Assembly: GCF_040938485.1 (NCBI RefSeq)
Contig: NW_027272134.1
Coordinates: 620,001-684,000, forward strand
Origin: Diadema antillarum
Lineage: Eukaryota
DNA: 64,000 nt
Reading direction: 5' to 3'
Of the stretch, positions 10,401-23,467 are shown one piece after another; within the stretch, counting starts at the first letter, position 1, and the number at the start of each line of letters is the position of its first letter. The notes beneath the pieces are model-generated. The model made no database searches. It was not told the origin of the DNA and was given only the letters and a program-made list of their open reading frames with translations. Position numbers and translations under genes: made by a program.

Positions 10401-13400
10401 CACGGTGATTTTTTGTTACACACACATGTCCACTATCCATGATGAAAAGAAGAAAAAATCCTATCTGTTTTTTTTTCTTCAAAAATCGAGTTTTAATCAA
10501 CCGATGCAGAGCGCCCATTAAAACACGTGTGTTGCCACATTGCCACATTCACAGCGACTTCACAAATAAAGCATGGCTAAATTTCTATCATAAACACAGT
10601 GACAATAAAAAATGAAATATATATTACCCAATCGACTTGGTTCTTCTCACCAATTTATCTGGAAACTGCAAAAATTTATCACATTTTTTAGGAGTAATAA
10701 GCGGCCTGCCCTAGTGGAGAGACTTGCTGCTATATCCAATAGTACGCATCTACGCATGCGTGAACAATGACGTCAACGTTACGGATGCTCAAGGATATGA
10801 ATAATGCATCATCGCACGGTGCATATAAGATGAAATGAATATGCATCATGTAGCGAGCAATACAGCTGTCAATGCACTGCACTGCATGTATGCTGTGCGC
10901 ATGTGCAAGTGATTGTGAGTTTTAGTGAGCATCGGTGAGCTGAAGATATTTGCCTTATAAGACAGCATTTTCTGCATCATAAGCAATGAAATGCATCAAA
11001 CAGTCACCGATTGGAATCATTTAGGTTTAATCGACCCATGTAAGTATTCGTAGTAGATTTTGTTGAAAAATTAAGGAAATATAGTGCCGGAACGGCACCC
11101 GTTTTGTACAACATTTAGATCTTAATGCGAAAACGGCGCAGCCACCCCACAGAGAGCGGCGGCTGTCGCAGTTGGGTCTCCACAGGAGCACAGTCCAAGA
11201 TCAGGAGGGCAATCATGCACTTAAAGTTTAGGGGCCTATATTAATATAGTATTGGTAGGCTAGTAGCATCGGGCAGTGCATGTATTCTGGAACTGTGTGC
11301 ATGTGTGTGGGATTTTGTGTTGGTTAGGATGCAGTGTGTGTGTGTGTCTAATGAAAGCACTTACAGTATGCTGCATCATTTGCTATGTAAAATGCCCTTC
11401 ATCATCATGTGAAGCATGAGCAGGAACAGGGCACCGCAGAACTTGACCTAACTCAATAGACTGCTTGCACCAGCACATGTGACCATCATATGAATGTAGA
11501 CTACAAAAATTGTTTGTATTAAAGCTTGTTACCCTTGTTTGTTTTTTCCCTCACAGTGGTGTTATTGCCGGATTTGGAGACATCATAGCTCAGAGAATAG
11601 TTGACTCAAAGGCACCGTACACATTCCAGACCACAGCAGCATTTGCAGCACTAGGGTAAGGAGTGCCATGCTTCAGAATCATTGTGATGTTTTCTTATAT
11701 TCTTCGTATAGTCTTCTTATACAGTACTCATAAATGTGTGCATTACAGCCTTCCTCTTGCATAAATGGTCTTTTGGGCTAGGGTCCCATACATTGTATCG
11801 GCAAGTGTCCAGATCGAAAGTGAGTCACACTTGCCCCAGTTGCACAAACAGTAAGTAGATTTGTATCGCCCTGTTAAAGGGGAAATCCAGTCCAAATATA
11901 AGTTATTCCGATAAGAAAGAGTAAAATATTAAGAATTCAACTGTAAAATTTTGATTGAAATCGGATGAAAAATAAGGAAGTTATGACATTTTGAAGTTTC
12001 GTTAATTCTTTAGGAAACAGTTCTTGAACGGTCAATATGAATATATGCAAATGGAAAAGTGACCATGTCATCCACTCACAACTTGCCGTATAGTTTGTAC
12101 ATAAAATTTTGACATTTGTAGTTTTTCATCAAAATGCAATTATGCCTGAGGCTCAAATCCTGATATATCTAACTGATCACTGTTCTGAAGTTATTCAACC
12201 GGGAATAGCACCATGTTTCAGACTTCAAGTTCAATGACAGAAACATTGAATTTTCATCATTTTTGTACACGATCAATGGAAAATTGTGAGGTTATCATAT
12301 GACATGGTCAGCTCACTAATTTAGTCATATCCACTGTACAAGAACTGTTGTGCAGTTTTTGCAGTTTGCTCCTGCACGCTACATGATGTTTGTATGCAAG
12401 TGTTTGACTTATTGGAGCTAAATTAGAATCTGCATACCATTATTGATTTTGCTCTTTGACATGGCTTCACACAGAATGACTTCAAAATGAAGGCTTCGTC
12501 ACTACAGTGTATCTTTGGATGTTGTGATTATTAATTGGTAGGGAGAATAATTCTTGTTTGTTTAATTGCTTATTTGGCAGTTGAACTGATCTCAATGGAC
12601 AGTATTTGCAAAATGTGATGAAAACAGTGAAAACTACAGTTTCCTCTTGTTTGCAGCCCCAAGTTGCTTGAAGCAAAAACAAAAAAACACACACACAAAA
12701 AAAAAAAAGACGAAGAGTTTTAATCGGTAATCAGGATTTATACATTGTATAGACTTCAAGAGCTTTCTGTTCTTTCCAACTATGGGAAGCATAATAGGTG
12801 ACACCATGTGCATAAAGATCATATTGTTCATGTAATTTGATCATTATAGTGTGTGCTAATGTCAAAGGCTTATCTGTCAAAGTTACATCAATGATGCCAG
12901 CATATTTCTGCACAGGGATCTGTAAGTATAAACACTCTTTAACTGTTTTTTTTTTTTTTAATTAAAACAAAATGGTGTAATCTGTCATTGTTTAAATATT
13001 CAGTTGTAAAGTTTCCTTTCTTTTTTTTCACTTTAATTTTGCACTCTATTTTATCATTACAGGACATTCTTCACCGGACCACTGTCGCATTATTTCTACG
13101 CGTGGCTGCAGAAAACGTTTCCTGGTAAAGATGTGCCTACCTCCGTGAAGAAGATCATCTGCGATCGCCTCGTGTTTGCCCCTCCCTATCTGCTGATCTT
13201 TTTCTACTTGCTGGGGATCTTGGAGGTAGGTGTCTCTAAAAGAAATAAAGCAGCCTCCTTATGAATGTGGTCAAAGTAGATTTAAAGGTGTCGCTATTGA
13301 TTTTGAAGACTTAGAATCAATACTTTGTATGATATAATAAAATTTTCCTACATCATAGTCTGGTACTCTAATCAAGTAAAATCTACTCTTTTAAGCACAC

Positions 13401-15661
13401 TCCTTTGCAGTTAAGTAGTGAGCTCTGTACTACTCATGTTCAGACAGGAGAAACAAAAACTTGATGGGAGTATTTTACACATGTTAGTTCTCTCTGAACT
13501 GGATGATTACTCATTCCATTGATATCTATTAGTGCTATGGCCGGAGTCATTTGTGGTTTGATCTGTATCTTATTGATTATCATTTGTATTCAATGCTTGT
13601 ATGTTATGAGGTATATAAGAACTTTTCTCACTTTTGTAGCCCTGTTGTGGTCATCTATATACCATTGCTTATTGTGCTTTTATATATTTCAATAGCCTCT
13701 GCATCACTGAATTGGCAACACATTTTAGGAGATTTCAGTTATTTTTTTTTTCCTCAAATTAGAAATTGTTGCTAGTGCAGACTTGATGAATCTAACCAGG
13801 TCCATCTAATCTTTCTGCGGTATAGAATATACAGTGATATTTCAAAGTTGCCAGTTTGATGTGGATATGATGATTTTACAAAGCTACCCCAGGATTTGAA
13901 GGTTTCACAGAATAAAAAGAACAAACAAGCAGTCGTATGCTTTTTATCAAGGGCAATCTTTTGAAGATAAATTAGGCCAAGTGATATGATATCTTGCTGT
14001 GTGGGAGTTTGAAAACCTATCATTTTGATAGAGAAAAGGTCAACTTGGATCTTTGCTGGGAGAGGAGTCAACTGTAAGTCAAACAAGTTCAAATCATGTG
14101 GCCTCAATGTCAGTGCAGATGGAAACAAGCCCTGTTGTGGCTTTGATAAGCAATGGAATCTAATCATAGAGGTGGAAGAGAGTCTCTTTCCACCTCCCTG
14201 ATCTAATGAAGAGAAGATCCATTATGATCAAACGTGTGAATGAAAACATTGGCCTGCAGTTTCATTTTGATGATGTGTTTTGTTTGCTATTATGTTGTCT
14301 ATGTAAGGAAGGCACTTCGATGATGGCTCGTGACTCATCCTCAATTGTCATTCACGATTTCAGGGCAAAGGTCACGCAAAGTCCGTGCAGAAGATCCGAG
14401 AGACATACTGGATCGCTCTCAAGATGAACTGGCGTGTGTGGACCATCAGCCAGTATGTCAACATCAACTTTGTTCCCCTTCAGGTGAGTTTCAGTGTTGG
14501 GAGCACATTGGATCTTAGAGGAGCAGAAGGCTTGTCTGACATCTGTGAAATGTTCAGACCCACTTGACCACACATTTATCCCATCATATCATAGGATTCA
14601 TGTAGGTATAATTTTTGTTGCTATTGTTTGTGTGTTCTTTTTATGCTAAAGTGTGTTTGTTATGTACATTTATACCAAGAGCATGGAAAGCACACATATT
14701 TGCATTTGCTGAAAGCGAATTTATTATTGTATTGTCTTGCATTTTAGTAATTTATTGAAGGCCAGAAAGACGCAAAGCACTTGATCATTTGTCTGTGCCA
14801 GTTGCATGTTTTACACCAGCAAGAAGATTTACGAAAAAATAAACAAGATAACAAGTTTTGTAAAGAACAAAAAATGCAACATATTCACATGGAAAAGTTA
14901 TTTTGGTTTGGAGTAGTGACAGTTTTCTAGTGACATGGTTATTCATCGTTGGCAAACAACATCACATTTGTAGTGCTGTTGATGGGTACTTTCATAATTT
15001 ACATAGCTGAGTTTCAGGTCTCTTCCAGATGTGCAGTGTGGTGGATGTATGTAGAGTTGTTTCCTATTCCAACTCTCTCTGGAAAATATGGGAGTAGCCA
15101 TAATTGATATAACCGTAAGAACAAGAGTAATGTTATGATTTTTTGTGAAAATGGGTCAGATAATACCATCCAAAAAATTGTTCAAATTCATGAAATTCTT
15201 CCGTCGAGATGTTTTCATTGCAACTGATTGACAAATTGCCGTACATCGACGTAAATAAGCACTGAATTGATCTGTGTTTTAGTAGTAGCCATGATAAAAG
15301 AAATCATGGGCGTACATACTTGTAGGTTCGAATCCTGCACGGCTATGTATGCCCGTAATTTCTTTTATCATGGCTACTACTAAAACACTGAACAATTCAG
15401 TGCTTATTTACGTCAATGTAGGGCAATTTGTCAATCAGTTCCACAAAAAAAAAATTGTTGTTAAGTTATAACTTCATACAGATTTTGTGGAGTGGGCATC
15501 ACCCATAACTGTGTCACAGCTAATGCTATGTAAGGGTATATGGTCCTATAACTGAAATCTGTCGTAATCATCCCTGTGTCTTCTTTCAGTTTCGTGTCCT
15601 GTTTGCCAGCGTCATTGCCTTTGTTTGGACCATCTACCTCGCTGTCATGAGGAGATCATGA
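7396..15661 (+). CDS. PXMP2: Peroxisomal membrane protein 2 (Mpv17/PMP22 family), 5 coding exons, 185 aa (whole-gene span)
   Basis: join(7396-7499,11557-11655,13063-13225,14364-14483,15590-15661). All introns are GT-AG with phases 2,2,0,0 and the frame stays open. The translation contains family motifs RPILTKSITSG, GDIIAQ, FFTGPLSHYFY, DRLVFAPP, NWRVWT..QYVNINFVPLQFRVLFAS..AFVWTIYLA, recognisably PXMP2/PMP22. Confidence 0.95.
8227..8865 (+). repeat. About 635-bp direct repeat, copy 1 (PXMP2 intron 1)
   Basis: Aligns end to end with 10539-11173, from attgccacat..cttcacaaataaa to aaaacggcgcagcc..gtcgcagtt; roughly 85 percent identical by eye. Confidence 0.9.
8907..10060. mobile_element. Non-autonomous PIF/Harbinger-like DNA transposon
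   Basis: TIRs TGCACTTGTCAATGTAATGAC(G/T)CACCCC...; TAA target duplication (8904-8906, 10061-10063); about 10 subterminal TGACGCACCCCTCGGTCA-type repeats. Confidence 0.75.
10229..10350. repeat. Minisatellite with palindromic core CCTCATGAGG (about 6 copies)
   Basis: (g)cctcatgagg(ac/c) recurring every 19-23 bp with C-rich linkers. Confidence 0.85.
10539..11173 (+). repeat. About 635-bp direct repeat, copy 2
   Basis: See 8227-8865. Confidence 0.9.
11557..11655 (+). CDS. PXMP2: PXMP2 exon 2 (SGVIAGFGDIIAQRIVDSKAPYTFQTTAAFAALG)
   Basis: Acceptor gttttttccctcacag, donor GG|gtaagg; 99 nt, phase 2-2; GD..AQ motif. Confidence 0.93.
11874..12349. mobile_element. Truncated TTAA-flanked MITE (Kolobok-like)
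   Basis: Starts ttaaaggggaaatccagtcc; internal inverted aacagttcttg/caagaactgtt; right end missing. Confidence 0.55.
13063..13225 (+). CDS. PXMP2: PXMP2 exon 3 (TFFTGPLSHYFYAWLQKTFPGKDVPTSVKKIICDRLVFAPPYLLIFFYLLGILE)
   Basis: Acceptor ttttatcattacag, donor GAG|gtaggt; GP..H.FY and DRLVFAP motifs. Confidence 0.95.
14364..14483 (+). CDS. PXMP2: PXMP2 exon 4 (GKGHAKSVQKIRETYWIALKMNWRVWTISQYVNINFVPLQ)
   Basis: Acceptor gatttcag, donor CAG|gtgagt; 120 nt; overlaps ORF 14385-14567. Confidence 0.95.
15222..15440. repeat. 219-bp fold-back palindrome with a tRNA T-arm (GTAGG-TTCGAAT-CCTGC) at its apex
   Basis: Arms of about 95 bp are nearly perfectly complementary (aactgattgacaaattgcc... / ...ggcaatttgtcaatcagtt); the loop carries the B-box GGTTCGAATCC at 15325-15335. 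Confidence 0.85.
15590..15661 (+). CDS. PXMP2: PXMP2 last coding exon (FRVLFASVIAFVWTIYLAVMRRS*)
   Basis: Acceptor gtgtcttctttcag; TGA at 15659-15661; family C-terminal motif. Confidence 0.94.
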   Translation, partial: FRVLFASVIAFVWTIYLAVMRRS

Positions 15662-16389
15662 AAAGAATCTGTGCTTCTGCCTGTGAGACCGGAGCTGGTC
15701 GCTGTGCCAAAGATGTTTTCCCATTTCCCTCAAGCATTCATCGATTGGTGGTCTTCAGCATATCGCCCTAGAGGATTTTAGTCTGCTGCCGATAAAAGCA
15801 GTTTATGATGCTGTATAATGCAAAACCTCTCTCTCTCTCTGCAAATATGTAGTAATGTGTGGAGTAGAGAAACTTGCTGTATGAGATTGAGACAGAGACA
15901 AGAGTGAATTTTGATATAACATCTCATCAAATGCAAATCAGGTTGTTCATTGAGTAAGGCAATTCATTCATCATCACTACCAGGATAATGTGATTGGTGT
16001 GAATGGGCCATGATTGTCATTAATTTGATGGAGATCAAGATGTTTTTGCCTGATTTCAGCACATGTACATGGGAACTGTGTATGTTTTGTGTGCTATTGG
16101 ATTTAGGAGGGCAGCCAAGTTGTACCACTCACACATACTTGAGAAAGTATACAAACATTTTATATGATAGCAGATAGAAGTGATTCCATAAAGCATGTGT
16201 GTGTAAACAGAACATTTCTGTGAGAAGAAAAGTTCGCTGAAATGTTATGTAGCAAAACTGAGGTGCAGATATCATCTTGTGTTGTGGTGTGATAAAGAAT
16301 CTCTACAGATGTGCTTTTTGGATGTCATGCTTCCTAAACATGTTATGAAAACACTCTGCCATAACTCCACTACAGTATAATATAAAGTC

Positions 16390-16420
16390 AATAAAAACTG
16401 GAATTCAGTTGCAAAATAAA
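16390..16420 (+). terminator. Probable PXMP2 polyadenylation signals (AATAAA x2)
   Basis: AATAAA at 16390-16395 and 16415-16420 are the first canonical signals I found after the stop, implying a 3' UTR of about 0.75 kb. Confidence 0.6.
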
Positions 16421-16477
16421 CCAATTGGCACCTCCCATCAGATTGAAATTTTGCAACTTTATGTCATTATACATAAT

Positions 16478-16726
16478 GTAGCCGGGGTGACAAGACCTCG
16501 TATCTACAAAATGTCAAATGTTCAGGAGAGCAAAAAAACATGGCAGCCAAAGCACTAAATCAAATGGGATAGCCTTTCCTTTGCCATGCCGCAGTGGCTT
16601 CACTTTTTGGGGTATGACAGCTAGGATTTGGACAGGACATCACCTAACTGATTATCTGACTACTAATAAAAAAAAAAGTCATTTTCACCCAAAATTTAAG
16701 ATACAAGGTCTTGTCACCCCAGCGAC
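16478..16726. mobile_element. MITE
   Basis: TIRs ggggtgacaagacctcgtatct / agatacaaggtcttgtcacccc. Confidence 0.65.
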
Positions 16727-18753
16727 GAAAAGTATGTATCTACATATTTTTTTCTTTCACAGAACTTGTGATGAAGTGTAAATGCACTTCTGAGACCATA
16801 TGCAACCTTGTTGCTCCCATGAGAAAACGCTATGGCGTAGGTCACACAAGCATCATTATGTACGTGCATGCTGGTCTGTATACGGGTACACCAGGATGTT
16901 GCCACAGGGTTTAGCGCTGCCAGTTTATGTGGTCGTCATGTTTGGGTCGTATAGACGGGAGGAGAAGGAATGGTCGTGCATATCACTGTCACACCTGGGC
17001 ACAACATCTGGTGTACACTTTGTACATCGTATGCATGGAGGCAATATGTATGTTCTCATTGTAAAATGTCAATATTTGGATCGCGATCAGGGTCGTGTCT
17101 TTTTGATTCATCATTCTCACTGTAAAACAGTTTGAAACTTAGGTCACGATCATTTGCGAAGAGCTGACTCGTGTGTGTGTTCATGAATGTGGTATGCTTA
17201 CTATGTACAAAAGACTACGCATGATATGCCAATTCAATGCATGTATACCTCGGTGTGCCACAGCTGGTGAAATAGCAAGTAGCGACACGTGCTGTGCACT
17301 GTCGGATAACAGAGTTTGTCATGGTCAGCATTCACACTGTACAACTTTGCGCCTTTTTTGCCAAAAATCACACAAATTATTGCAATTAGGATTGGGACCT
17401 AAAGGACACAAAATGACACATTATTTGGGTTCACACTTTAAAAGCTTCAAAATTTGGGTCGTGATCCTGATCGCAAAAGAAAACTGCATGTACTTTTAAA
17501 TTGAGAGTTTAGATGACAGTAGTATTAGGTAGAATGGGTATGCACAGTACTTCACTCCTTTGCAAATAAGTTTTGTGCAATGCACATGCAGAGCATAGCT
17601 CATATTGTACCAGCCATATTTGATACTCTGGCACCTGGTGATATCATGTTATTTGTACATTTGTTTTTGTCAGAAAGAACAGATCACAAAATATCACGAG
17701 GAAGGAGAGAAAAAAAGGAGACATACATGCACACTTGGTTCTTGTAAAAGTACAAACAATTTTGTCATGAATACGTGTATTTCTAAATGAGAAAATAACT
17801 ATTATTCACTGTTGCAGACTTTGCCATATCTTTTCCCATATATTGTAATCTTGTATAAATCAGCAGAGGATGCAAAAGTACAAACCCATTAAATACTTAA
17901 GTCTTTAAAGTGATTAATTGTGGGTATGTTCATCGGGTACTAATAAACACTTTTGAGGAATAACCTGTCTGTGATTCAATGGTCAGTATAATTATACTCT
18001 CTTAATTGTCTCGATTTCTTTATCTAGATTTCTTCTTTCATACAAATGTTAACTACAACAATGATTTGTGTTTGTTGTGTTTTTACTGCACTTATTTTGT
18101 ATGGCTTTCCCTTTACCTACCTCTCTATTTAAAGAACAGTATTGTTAGAATGTCACTGTAGATGTTTCTTCCAAGTCGGCATTATAAAAACAGTACAGAG
18201 CACTCAATCATAACGAACAGGAACAAAATTTCATTACAACAGAGTAAAATTTCAAGCCCCCAAAATTATTATGTATACATCTTTGGGGCTGCGAAACATT
18301 TTTCAAGGTGGGGGAGGGGATAATGGTCAGTGGTTTCCCTCGTGTTGTAATGTAAGCCATTTCAATACAGCTTGTTAACAAGGTCACCTGTGTAGAATTT
18401 ATGCATGCTTTCTTCATTTGTCCTGCTTCCTTGAGCTTCCACTCCTGCATTTTTATGGTGAAGCTGCTGTGTCATCATCCTTTCAAACATTCTTATTCCT
18501 TATTGCACTGTACATTCTGAAACTCTGTACCCAGTATAACCAAATTGTTCAAATGTAAAAGTCTGAAAATCAGCCGGATTTCCCCTTTAATTGTGAATTT
18601 TTCCTCCTTTTTGTTTTTGGTTTTTGTTGAAATTCCCCCTCCCCCTTCAATCTCGTCAGTGGAGTTGAAATCTTTTTAAACTACAGTTGAATTAAGTGGC
18701 TGTAGTTCACATGTACCAAATCAACAACAGAAAGCAGTTTGCCATTTCAAGAC

Positions 18754-18966
18754 TACTGTAAAAGTGGATATTTTTGCGTGACTAATTTTTCGCGCTTTTC
18801 CGGGTCGGAAGAGTTTCGCGTGTTTTTAATTCCGCAGAATCAAGACATCACGCACAGGCACATATGGCAAGCAAAAATATTCGCGTGCTTTTATTTTCGC
18901 GCTAGTTTCTGGTTGCGCGAAATGCGCGAAAATTTGAACACCGCGAAAATTTCCACTTTTACAGTA
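18754..18966. mobile_element. TA-flanked MITE (213 bp)
   Basis: tactgtaaaagtggatattttt / aaaatttccacttttacagta TIRs; internal ttcgcg repeats. Confidence 0.75.
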
Positions 18967-20740
18967 TATATAGAGTATTTCAAGACTAGAGTAGACCTTG
19001 ATGGCCCAGGGTTCAGTTACAGTAAATTGTAATCACAACCTGTTTGTTCATCGTTAATCATCAACTGTCCCGGGCTTCTTGAAAGACTGCTTTGCGATTG
19101 TTTTCTGATCAGTTCGAGGTACCTGCAGGGTACACAATCCCCACTGATCACAAAGTTGCCCTGATTCAAGGCTCATCTTCCTTGGGTTCCGTTGTACACG
19201 GACTAATCTCTACACGTAGGCATTAGTCCCCTGATGGTCACAGTTTCTGTTTCTTCTTTGTTAGCCTAACAGCTCTTCTCGACTTATCAGGAAAAAAAAA
19301 AATTACTGTAGAAAGGAACAGCTCATCCATTTGTTTTGTCCAAGAGTGTATAAAATGCTCATCGTTTTGTGACAAAATATTAGCCCAGCAATATTCAAGG
19401 TCAACTTATTGTAATAGACCACATACTGGTAGTTTTTTTATCTGCAAAATTATTGTAGATTTTTTTTTTAAAATAGTATAGTGTAATTATTTGTGTGAAC
19501 AAGAATTTTGTCATAAATTAAACATATTACTAGATGCTATAAAAGTCATCTCTTAGAATTTTTGTACATTGTATAATCAATGTTTCAATAGGGTATTTAA
19601 TGTTAAAGAGCATGTTGCTTTCAAAATATAATTCAATCCAGGTATTTTGAGGAAATAACAGGTTTGGGAGATTGTAAACAGCTTGAATTTCAAAAATTCC
19701 AGCAGAAATATGGAATTTTAATATTTCTGATTTTTCTTCAAACTTATTAGACGATTTGTGAGGGTACCTGATGACAAATTTCCTGGTATTTTGTGTTGTG
19801 TGAATTATGGCATCATTGAGAATGTGATTCAAAGCCCTTTTCATTCTAGGCTCCAATATGGGTAATATTTATATCATGGTTGTACATTCTAAATAAATCT
19901 TGTAATACATTTTACTTCTACTCTGTTGCCCAATTCTGTACGTGTACCTTAATGGGTAAAATCAATCCCCTGTAACATCAGGGAATTATCAAACATGGTA
20001 TGTGAGCACCACAAAATGAACATCTTAAAAGAACACGACCCTCTCGTTTGGTGCACACTTTCGGCTGTGTGTGTGTGTGCGTGAGTGTGTGTGTGCGTGT
20101 GCATGTTTTAACGAGGACTGGATCTCCTCCAAATAGTAGTTGTCGACAAGTTTTATCTTTAGATAATATGGCTGCTGAATACCATGAAATGTCACGACTA
20201 ATGCAGTTACAAATGGAAAGACTTTTTAAATTCAATATTCAAAATTGCTTAAAATTTAGACTGATATGCTGTAAGATTTGTTGCACCACTGCTGAAATGT
20301 TTCTATGTTTCATGAGATGTTTCATTAGTTACGTTCAGATGGTGACTCTTAACTTTTGAGGATAAGCTCGTGGTCAAGTATGGAGTGCAAGTATCCCATG
20401 GTCTCTGTTGTCGAGAAATTGGTCATTTCGTCAGGAAGTGACAAAATTGTTTTTTCATTGACAGGCGACAACGTAAATTTCATCACGAAATGACAATTTG
20501 GTCAACAAAATAACAATTTTGTGACAAAAGAGACCATGCAACACTTGGCACCCATACCTAACTATGAGCTTATCTTCAAAGTTAAGGATCACCTGCTGAC
20601 TGTAACTACATGTAGTATCTTTTGCAAACATTCTGTGACTGCAGTGTGCCTCACCTGCCCAGCTCCCCCCCCCCCCAAAAAAAAAAGAGGGAATTGCCTG
20701 CACACCAACATCCTTCCAGATTGTACAATAACATGCATAC

Positions 20741-20744
<4 letters not shown>

Positions 20745-20780
<36 letters not shown>

Positions 20781-20790
20781 ACACACACTC
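20745..20790. repeat. (CA)n microsatellite
   Basis: Direct reading. Other (CA/TG)n tracts are at about 20065-20100, 25845-25860, 30486-30525, 34065-34090, 38287-38318, 41395-41425, 46505-46565 and 56015-56080. Confidence 0.95.
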
Positions 20791-20861
20791 ATGGCATTCA
20801 AATAACCTGCAACCAACACCCATACAATACCCTCAAGTTTGACAGCATCACATTACCCAGC

Positions 20862-21047
20862 TAGAGGGGAACCTTGTTATAACAAGCTGCTTTGGACCAC
20901 TGAAATGCCCTCATGATATTGGGTATCTCATTATATCAAAGATTTTTTTAAAAGAATATAAAAGGAATGTGACCTGCAAAATTACTTCATTATACTGTAT
21001 CGGGTCTCTTGCTAAATTTGGCCTTGTTATAGCGAGGTTCCGCAGTA
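20862..21047. mobile_element. Tc1/pogo (Tigger-like) MITE remnant
   Basis: gaaccttgttataacaag / cttgttatagcgaggttc inverted ends flanked by TA. Confidence 0.55.
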
Positions 21048-23467
21048 GTTGACTATAGACAAGTATCACACAAGCTGGAATGCCTCTTTTTTTAATTAAA
21101 ATTATTGAAAATCTACTTCACCATCTTTTATTTTCCTCTTGGAATCACTTTTTTTTTCCATGTGACAGCTTCAACAAGCAAACAGGTTTGATGTTGTCTA
21201 GAGCAACTGTCCGAGGCTGCCCATACCTCACCGTGATCACAAAACAAAGGAGTTCCTATCACATACATGTACACACTTCAAAGTTTGACAACATGGGAAT
21301 ATACATGCCTTCTTCAAGTGCCAAAGAAGCAAAACTGCTGTATATGCCATATATTTTGCAGGGTTCCCATTAAAAAAAAACATTGCATGTCAACCCCCCA
21401 AACCTGGAACTACCCCCATACAATCTATACAGAGGCAGAGCCCACTCTCTTCGTCATCCCACATTCTGTGGTTACCGTATTACTCTCTGAGCTTGTCAGC
21501 TTTTCTGTGAATTTGGCAATCAGTATTTTTCCCATGTTTTGACACACACAAAAAAAAGAGTCGCTTTTGAAAGGTGTGCAAAAAATATCTACACATCAGC
21601 AAAATATATGACAGAGGAATTCATCGCAGCAAAGGATGTTGCAGTACAGGGCGACGCTTTACAAACACGACTCCTTTACGTAAAATCCATACACTATTAA
21701 AACTGGCAAAGAGATTCTGCTCGGCAGGGGGCAAGGAACAGCTGCATACGAGAAGTGACTTAATCCAAGCAAGCACTGTTGCCAAAAGAACAAATCTGGC
21801 AGGGACTTCTACCTTTGAATTATACCAGAATTACAAGTGGACTTTGGCAACATACTACAGACATTTATACCTGGCATCTTTGGCCGACTGGAAGTGATGC
21901 TTAAGTGGATTGATTTACTGTCAGATTTGGCTATGACAGAGACCGCTTGAAGATGAAGGAATGGGGAGGGGGATGGGGATGGGGTACATCACGGTACACA
22001 TATGTGATAAAAAAATGAGTCACCGCCAGCAACTGCTTGATATCAATCTCTTGCTGAACCTTTTATTTTTTTAATTAAAAGTGAAACAAGAAATTCAATC
22101 TCATGGATGCCGAGTGTGCGATTTAGATTTTAAGAGGGTAGAAATGCTCTCAGTCAGCCAGTTACGGACATGGAGATCCTTCTGCAATGCAGTGTTAAAG
22201 GAACTCATACACTCCATCTATGCGCAACATTACAGCTTACACTCGCCCTTAATTCTCGAGATTGAGTAGTCTGTGTACCAGGCATCTGTTTCTATGAGTA
22301 CCAACATACAAAGTGATAGCTGCTTTTTTTTCTCTCTCATCTGAAATGTACATTTATTTACAAGGTTCTTGACACAAGAATAAATAATTCTAGCCACAGC
22401 ACACACCATGAAAGAGAGAGTCAAAGAATTGAATAAAAACTGACACTGAAATAATTCAAAAATTCTTGACTGGAAGTTCACTTCACATATGGGATGAAAT
22501 TCCTAACCACATCTTATATAACAAATTACACAATCATTAAAAAAGAATGGTTTTCTTGCAATTTACCTCTTGATTTGTTACGGCAATGACGGACGACAGA
22601 GATTTCGCTTAATTTTGAACGACTGACCATACACCATTGGGCTTCATTTGCAAAACATTACGGCAGTCTAAACTGATGCATAGTGGTCTCATGTTACAAC
22701 TAACGGGGCATTAAAGCTGGGTATTTGTGCATACATACATGTGTCTCTAGGTGTAGGTTCACATCGTATACATAATTCATCCCTGTGCATTCTTGAGGCA
22801 CAGGACATGTAAGTCTCGGGCAGCAGGACAACATGAAAAAGATTTGTGAGAAATGTCTCTGCTATTTCACCTTGAGGGTTGCTTGACCCATACATTACAA
22901 ATGTATTATTCTGATACCAATGGTGCATGGGAATCATTAATTTCGGCTGGAATACTGGATGGATTGTAATAGAGGCCAACTACCACCATTGTGCAGGTTT
23001 TATAATGCTCTCTTGAAGAACTGATGTAAGTTCTCAGCAAAATGCTGAAGGGGCATCATTTTTTAAGTGATACAAGAACATAAATCAAGTCCAGTGTTTC
23101 ACTTTGAACATGTGTTATCACTACTTCAGCAACATAAAAACTCTCGACGATGGATGTCAATGCATAATTGCAACAACAAAAAAAATTGTTAAAAGAAGAA
23201 AAAATAGAATGAATGCGTGATAAAACATGTTACAATATTTTTTTCCAACTTTTATTACACTTTCCCCGGGAGGTGGCAAGTTCAGCAGTTGTGTTTGGTT
23301 AGAGCACACAGCATATAAATTCATAGATACCTTAGTCTGAAAACTCACCGATTCTAACGTGCCGGCTACTCACATGAGAACTTTAAATTCAGAGAAAAAT
23401 ATTATGTGTCTACATTTTAAGAATTTCAGGAGATAACTCTCAGAAACTTTCACAGAGAAAGGACTTG

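Noticed and set aside
8227-11173. Autonomous LTR retrotransposon
   Set aside because: No gag/pol ORF, PBS, PPT or TSD identified.
15315-15345. tRNA gene
   Set aside because: Only a T-arm is present, with no acceptor stem, D-arm or anticodon arm. The tRNA-like stretch near 34180-34230 is likewise too incomplete.
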